Positions 57,101-64,000 of a DNA stretch of 64,000 nucleotides are shown here, piece by piece. The stretch is from Raillietiella orientalis (taxonomy: Eukaryota), in NCBI GenBank assembly GCA_036172245.1, contig JAYWIR010000022.1:1798001-1862000 (forward strand), written 5' to 3'. Each line of letters starts with the position of its first letter. The stretch's first letter is position 1. A model generated the notes under the pieces. The model searched no databases. It had not been told where the DNA came from and saw only the letters and a program-made list of their open reading frames with translations. The translations under genes were made by a program, and so were the position numbers.

Positions 57101-60100
57101 GAACCCCGGAGTAGGACGCAGAGGGTGTCTTTCACGGTAGGGGAAAGCGCATTCATTAAGTCTTTGCTCGCGGTAGTCATGGTGACTAACTGGCCAATAA
57201 ACTTTGCTTCATCTTCGGATTTTCTTAAGGAACAAACGGAGCCTACAGCCCGGAGACATCAAAGCCGAGAGAGACAGAGTTGCCTGCAAACAATGCAATC
57301 CTATGGCGTCGAAAAGGCGTCTACAAAGGAGAGGGAAGGGTAGGACACGGCAGTTCGGGCAGAGGGGCAATGAGGTAAAGTAGTAATGATCTCAGATGAC
57401 TGGCACAATTTCCGATCCAGCTCTTTCGGCTCCTCATGCCCAGATTAATGCTTAGACATTGCGGAAGTCCAGAGGGGAAAATAACTGAAGCACTATTCGT
57501 TGCAAAGCTACTGATCCGAAGACTTGGATGCGGCAGCAGAAACGAGTCATGATACCATGAGCCACTAGAAACCCAGAAAGAAAAGTGGCGAAGGGACGAG
57601 GTGGGAGGAGTGTGTTCTTTGAGTTTCCTGAAAGAAGAGAGAAAGGTTACGGAGCAGTCACAGAAGAATAGGGTAGTAGCAGAGATCGACATGAGGTCGC
57701 GCTTGTTTTTGAAGTGAAAAATCCCCAAGCATTCACAACAGAAGGTTTCGAGTCCGGGAGATTCCCATCGTCGGATAATGAGCAGCCGTGTCCTCTACCG
57801 GAAGAAAGAGAAGGCGATACAGAGCAAATAGTTACTGATGTTTCCGCGAGATGTCTCGAGAATCTGCGTTCGACGCTACTACAGGGAGAGCGCTTTCTGA
57901 GGGCGAACCAGGCAGCATCGACCCAAGAGCACATCTGAGCGCTCAGAGACATCCCTTCCTACTGTGCGGATATCTTTCTCAGGGGTTCCTGAAAGTCCTC
58001 AGAAGTCAACGCATCCTACAGATCTGGTAGTGGTAGGGTCTTTCTAAAAAGAGTTGCTTCCGCAACCGTGACAAGAGTCAGAAGACACATACTAGGCAGA
58101 AGGAGCGGAATGTTCAGTGGGAATACAGGATAAAATCCAGAAGACCTTGAGGAACAGCGATCTCATCACCTGTGAGATCTTCCCCTGGACCTTAGCCATC
58201 GGGCTACTTGGTCCTTCCCCCTTTCCTCCAGCCAAGGGGATGGAAAAGGAAGGGACCGTGAACTCCGCGTTATCCTCTAGGAGAAGAGCCGGAAGACAGC
58301 GGCAGTGATCGAGAAAGTTCTCATCCAGAGAGAAAAGCAAAAAGAAGAGGAAGATGATAGTAAGAAGGAAGGTTGAGAGAGGAACGAGGAATCCCTCGGA
58401 AAGCTCTGATCCACGATTAGGGTCAGCTATTTCCGCTGCGTGCTGCAGCGCAGCTTCTCCTACCACCCAGCATTGCACATGCACTGCACCTGCTGGGAGG
58501 ATCTAACAGTCCACCCTCCCAGCAGGTGCTCGTCTCCTGATCTCTCCTGCTTCCCTGATATGTAGACCGCTCTGCTCTTAACCTCTGCTGAAAGTATCGG
58601 TTGCAAGTAACTGAGGGACCCCCTTCATTTCGTCGCTTCCCTACCTCCTTTCAGGAGCCTGCGCGTCTGGACCGCCCGGTTCTCTCCTGAACCAAATCGG
58701 AGCGCCTCCTCACGGGTGCAGTGGGACTTCTGCTTTCACGGAAGCCAGAGGGAGTTTTCGGGAAACCGGAGGCTTGCCGTCCTTGAATCCCGCCTCACGT
58801 CCTGCTCGGGAAGCCTTTCGGGATGCCACAGGGGTAATCGGAGTTGCGGTGTGGATGTCCGGGTGCGTTCTGAGGGAACGCGAGCCTCGAGAGACGTGCC
58901 AGCCGTGGTCCCAGAGCCACGGCTTTCGCGGTCCGCTCTAGAATCCGCTTCGTGGGGAGGACAGAGGATTGCGGGAAGGGGTGGGTTCGAAGAAGGAACC
59001 GAAGGAAGGTACCCGGTCACCCCAGGAGAGTACACACCACCGTGTACGAGGAAATTCTTTGAGGGATCTTCCTCCAGTGTCATCCCGCGGAACTTTTCCC
59101 ACGATTTGGAACAAAATGGTGGGAAAAATTCTCGCCTGCGGGAAGCAAAGAGAAGAATGGTGAGGAGATGGACCAGAGCCGTGGAATACTCAAATTTTTA
59201 CGTTCCATACGGACTTCTTATGCCCTGCAGACTTGGAAGCGGCGTTCTCGAGCAGCAGAGCATCCCGCTAGGGATCAGTAAGCAGCTCCGCTCCTGCTTC
59301 CAGATACTTGCTTCGTCCTCCCTGAGCGAAAAACGACGTTCTCTTTCCGGCTGCTGTCTGCATCTGCATTGTCCAACAGACATGGATCACGATGAAGATG
59401 ACGCAGCCACAGAAAGGCGGGTAGGTGTTGCAAGCCTCGAGGTCATCCCTGGTCCTGTTTTCCTGGAGGACATCCGACATGAGAGGCTCTCTGTCGTCAC
59501 CGACGGCAGACCGCGGATGGGCGAGTCGACTGCCGAGCGCGAGATGGCGCTATCGACACCGGGAAAATCGCGCTGCCGATCCCCGGCAGGGATCGTTCCT
59601 TCGGTGTGTGGGCGTACGTCCGCGCGATCGAAAGCCAAGAGAGAGCGGAGGGGAAGCCGCTCCCGCCGGAGGATCAGCGAGCTGGCTGCGGAAAAGGCAG
59701 CAGGGACCCTGCGGGAGTTGAAGGGAGGGGCTGGCTGTCCCGGGCGACCCGGCGATGCGCGGGAATCGAAAGGGTCGGGAAGGAAGGGAGGGGCGCCAGG
59801 ACATGAAAGCAAAGGCGTAAGTTCCCAACTCTCCCCCTCCCCTCAGATGCACCCTCCGGCGCACTCTGCTTTCTCGAATTCTGCGAGACGCCCCACGAGC
59901 ATTCAATCCCCTCCGCTCCTCCAAATAGGGCGCCAGTCCACCGCTTCGTTCCCACACTTGCCTCGGTGCTTCTCTTCCGTATCGCCAGGGAGACCACCTC
60001 GGGAATGGCTTGCAGGCGAGAGGGCATCTCCCCGAATTGCGGATCCGTGGGGAGCGAAGGCCCAAACAGAAGGCAGAAAAACGGGAAAAAAAAAACTCGC

Positions 60101-60634
60101 CATCAGCAGGGAGACCGCTCGGCGGCGGTCTCGAGGGGAGGGAGGGAAAGGAACCGACTGCTCTCTCCTCCAGTTTTCTCCTTCTCTGCCGCTGTTTCTC
60201 CTCTCGAAACCACGGAGAGCCGACGGTGCGGCGCGACGTCTCCTCGCAAAGGATCAGGCGCCCGCGGTTACCGTGGGAGGGAGGGGATCGCCGAGCGGGA
60301 GAAGATGCGCACACTTGAGACTCCCTGCGAGTCTTCCCGTCGAGCAGCTCGCCCCCAGGAACGTTTTAACGAGGGAAACGGTGGTGGGTAAGGCCGCTGC
60401 CCCTGCTGCCAGGGGGATGTAAAAACACGCCGGGTATCCTGAGGGAAGGGAAAGGAAGACGCGACGGCACCGCTCTTCCCCTCAGGAGCAGCGTTTTTGT
60501 AGCTCTCCCGCTTTCCCGGGGGGAGAAGCAGCGCCCTCGTTTCTCCGGAGCCGGTGGAAGCGCCACCGACCCGCAGGAGCTCAGGAAGAGGGTTGAAGAC
60601 AGCGGCAGTGGCGGCGCAGCAATGACGCCAACAG

Positions 60635-61921
60635 CGACCTCGACAACCACGTGTTTCCACGGTATTGTCTCGAGCTGCGGTGCGGTAGTGAACTGTGCGT
60701 CGTCCGGTCAGTGCCACTGTGACCTCCCTTCAAATAAGGGGGGTGAGAGTTATGCTGCCTCCCTCTGTCCCGCAACCCCGCCCTGCAGTGCGGTCGTCGC
60801 TGGCCGATGCGCCTCACCGCGACCGACCACCCGGTTGATGGTCCCGTGGGGAAAGGGAGGATGACGCCTCGGGGTGGACAAACGGGAAGGAAGGGACACT
60901 GGTGCGCACGTGGCGACGGCCCGCGTCTTTGGATCCTCCTTCTCTCCCTCCCTCCCTCCCGCGCAGTCGCCGCTGCCTCCGATCCCCTCTGCGGGCGTCC
61001 CAGAGGAGCCGATCCTGCGTTCCCGGATCTTTTCCCCACCCGAGCTGCGTCCCCGCGGATGGAGTGTTGGCCGCCTTCCCAGTTCGGCATGTGCCAAGCT
61101 CCTTTCCCCTTCCTCCTTGCCCCATGACCCACATTCCCATAAACTTGAGCTGGAGCGGCGGCCGTGCGCCACCGGCGGCGGGCCGATCCCACCACCGGCG
61201 GGGAGAAGGCAGGCGCGTGTGCGCAGTGTCGGCCTTCTCCGTGGGAGCAGGAGCACACCGAAAAAGAGGACGGCGAACTTGCTGGTGGCATCAACCCTGA
61301 CTCTCCCCTCTCACGTGGGCCGGTGGCCGGACGAAGTGGCTAAGCGCACCGCTCCCTGTTCATTTTCATGCAGTTCCTTTGGCGTAGAGTTCCCAATTGC
61401 ATTCCTACAGGAACAAAAATATCCCAAGCGGGCTGCGGTCCGCCGCCGTCTGGAGCCGAGTGAGTGTTCCAGGGAAAGGCTCTTTGGAAGAGCGGGATCC
61501 GGCGGGAGGAGAGTCGTCGTCCTGGCCGTCCCATGTCCCTCTCTTCCGTGAGCCGCGCATTGTTTCTTCTTTCTCCTCGATACCCCTACTGAGGAAAGAT
61601 GTATAAATAGGGACCACGAATTTTCTGGAAAAGTGCCCGAGACGAGGCTGGTTCCTCCGTGACGCCCGCTGCGGGGATCGTAGGCAGCGGCGACTGCGCG
61701 GGAGGGAGGGAGGGAGAGAAGGAGGATCCAGAGACGCGGGCCGTCGCCACGTGCGCACCAGTGTCCCTTCCTTCCCGTTTGTCCACCCGCAGAGGGAGGC
61801 AGCATAACTCTCACCCCCTTGTTTGAAGGGAGGTCACAGTGGCACTGACCGGACGATGCACAGTTCACTACCGCACCGCAGCTCGAGACAATATCGGGGA
61901 AACACATGGTCATCGAGGTCG
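60635..61921. repeat. Long inverted repeat: left arm 60635-60999, right arm 61661-61921, about 660-bp spacer
   Basis: By direct comparison, 60635-60767 and 60872-60999 are near-identical to the reverse complement of 61921-61790 and 61788-61661. About 103 bp (60768-60870) is present only in the left arm. Confidence 0.95.
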
Positions 61922-62089
61922 TGGCAGTGGGGAGTCCTTCTCGCCCCGGGAAGGCGAGAAGTAGGTACCCAGGGAACAAGGAGGAGGTGCGTGGGAACGC
62001 CCACGCTCATCATGGAGGTGGAGGGACTTCCATCTAAAGGGAAAGCTGAAAAAGAGCTACTAACGCACCACACGCGCGTTCCAGGAAGG

Positions 62090-62316
62090 GGATATTCGTT
62101 GGAAGGCACTCCCATTCCGCGCCCACTTAGAGAAACCACCCCAGAGGATCCAGCGGGAGAGTAGGACGAGGAACGCTCTCCTCTGGGAGCAGACGTCTCT
62201 CTGGCAACAGTTCCTCGGTGGAGGTCGAGGTGGAGGTAAGACAGAGATCGGACTGCGTTGTTAATCTCAACAAGCGTCACAGGAAGATGCTGGATGGTTA
62301 CGGGCATCCGTCGCAC
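62090..62316 (-). mobile_element. Possible degenerate non-LTR RT N-terminal fragment
   Basis: LPVTLVEINNAVRSL resembles the PIT.EEI..AI.SL motif that precedes RT domain 1; GVVSLS follows at roughly the GIITLI position. Confidence 0.4.
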
Positions 62317-62799
62317 TCCGACCCCTTTTGTTTAGTGCAAAGTGACCCCAAGATCGCATGTGGAAGGAGCAGCTCTCAGACGTAGCTCAGGGTCTAAAGG
62401 AGAAGGCGAATGGCAGGAACTCTCTCTTTGGGAGAACGATGTCCTCCGCAAGGGACTCGGGAGGAAGCGGCAGAAGAGAGATACCCGATGCTTTTTCGGC
62501 AGCCATTCGTCTCCAACGGAAGAGCGAGGGAGGGCATGAGGGTCGCGCGCGCGCGTGCAAACGGGAAATGGCGCGAAACCAATGTTACCAACGAAAGGGA
62601 GCTCTTGAGGTCCCTGCTGATCATCAGAGAGTCAGCTGCTGCCCCTCCGCCAACCGAAGAAACCGCGAATGCCGATGGGTCCGTAAGAAGGCGGACACAG
62701 CTCATCTCGTGTGGGCGTATCTGGTTGTTGTTGAAGGGGGTGGGGGTGAGGTAGATGGCTGGCAGTGGCCACCGTCTTCCGAGTTGAAGGAGAGGAAGA

Positions 62800-63050
62800 G
62801 TGGAAGAGTGTGAAAGGAGGAAGAGAGAGGATGCACGCATTCTGGGGACTGTGCGTCGTTTTTCTGTCCTCCCAGTACTCTGGACCTCACCTTCAAGAGG
62901 AGTGAAGCGGCGAAGGATTCGAATTTTCCTCCCTGAAGGGCTCTGTACCTACGACTTGCTGGGGGATTATGGTGGAAGAATCACATGGCGGACAGTCTGT
63001 CTCCATTGGACCTAAGAATGGCAGGAGGAGAAGGGGGAGAAGTCTTTGCG
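62800..63050 (+). mobile_element. Possible degenerate L1/Tx1 post-RT fragment
   Basis: RILGTVRRFSVLPVLW...GGRITWRTVCL followed by a frameshifted GGEG resembles L1/Tx1 R..L...VL...LWY...RV.W..LCLP...GGLG. Confidence 0.4.
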
Positions 63051-64000
63051 AAAGGAGCGGGCGGAAGATTCGTCATCATGCAGAACACGTGGATGGCCCT
63101 CACGACAGCAGGTGGTACTGGTCCGCAGCGGGGCTGCTGTCGAAAGTTGGTCAAAGTCGAAGTGAAATCATCCCTCATCTCTCTTTAGCCGCCGCAAAGG
63201 ACTCGAGGCGGAGCATGCAAAGATGGAAGAGAGAGATAGAGAGGAGAGGGGATGCATGCTCGTTTTCCTGGAGAAAGGAAAACCTCTGCACCATCGTCGT
63301 GAGAGTGAAGCCGGAAAAACTGAAAACATCCGAGCTCGGAGGCGGATCGATGCGGCAGAGGTGTGATGAAGAGGGATAGAAAGGGGAAGGATTGCATTCT
63401 CCTTCCTTGGAGATCTACTACCTTCGCATGGAGGCGGACGAACGGAAAGATCAGGAAGCGGGATTGATCAACTCTGCCTACAAACGAGGCGTTCTCTGAG
63501 GTGCGGAGGGGTGGCGAAAGCCAGCAAGGGAGAGGAGTTTCGGAAATCAGGATGAGTAGTGGCGTATCGGAAGAGCATGGTGGGGTCTTTGCTGCGAACC
63601 TCGGTGCCCTGGAAGCTCCCAGAGACATCAAATGACGCTGAGACTCATTCGTTCCTCCTGCCAGCCTGCAGCACGCTCCGTCGAGATTGAGGATTTCAGT
63701 TCACTGGGAGCAAGACATAGGTGCCTTTTCCTCTTTCTGCTCGCATCACTTTCTAAAGATCTAAAGGACAGGACATCCCAGTTCTGGGAAGAAATGATGG
63801 AGACCCGGTCTGTGGAGAAGAATTGACCTTCTCTCCCCTTCTTCGAGCCTGGCTCCTCCAATTTCTAGAAGACTCTGGACACACAGGTATCCGTGACTAG
63901 AACAGAAACACTCGGCATCAAGAAGCAGTGGGCACGTGGATCTTCATGGCGATGCCGCCTTCCTCCTCACCTCGGAAGACACTCGCCTCAAGAGGCGAGT

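Noticed and set aside
58716..60422. 568-aa + strand ORF
   Set aside because: GTG start, Arg/Ser/Gly/Pro-rich composition, no recognisable domain, and it lies in GC-rich decayed-repeat sequence. Most likely a chance open frame.
60604..61930. ggcagtgg on both sides of the inverted repeat as a target-site duplication
   Set aside because: The left copy is about 24 nt from the arm end, so it is not a flush TSD.

Overview
Eukaryotic, intron-rich metazoan genomic DNA, probably from an invertebrate (arthropod-like): CpG is abundant, introns as short as 56-66 nt occur, and the kinase resembles my recollection of Drosophila smi35A. Almost all six-frame ORFs are GC-rich artefacts. The one well-supported gene is a + strand class-2 DYRK kinase (DYRK4/smi35A-like). 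I assembled it by hand into 11 phase-consistent coding exons from ATG 17015 to TAG 49780 (3354 nt, about 1117 aa), with one GC-AG intron and a very long Ser-rich N-terminus. Both ends of the window (about 1-4.5 kb and 56.9-64 kb) carry decayed, fragmented L1/Tx1-like non-LTR retrotransposon pieces in both orientations. Leads worth checking: a 75-nt stop-containing cassette exon ending in an in-frame ATG just before the kinase domain, a long inverted repeat (60.6-61.9 kb), several perfect short hairpins, a possible nested antisense gene in intron 8, RFX X-box-like clusters, and a GC shift within the gene. I could not demonstrate a new multi-gene system; these leads are hypotheses.
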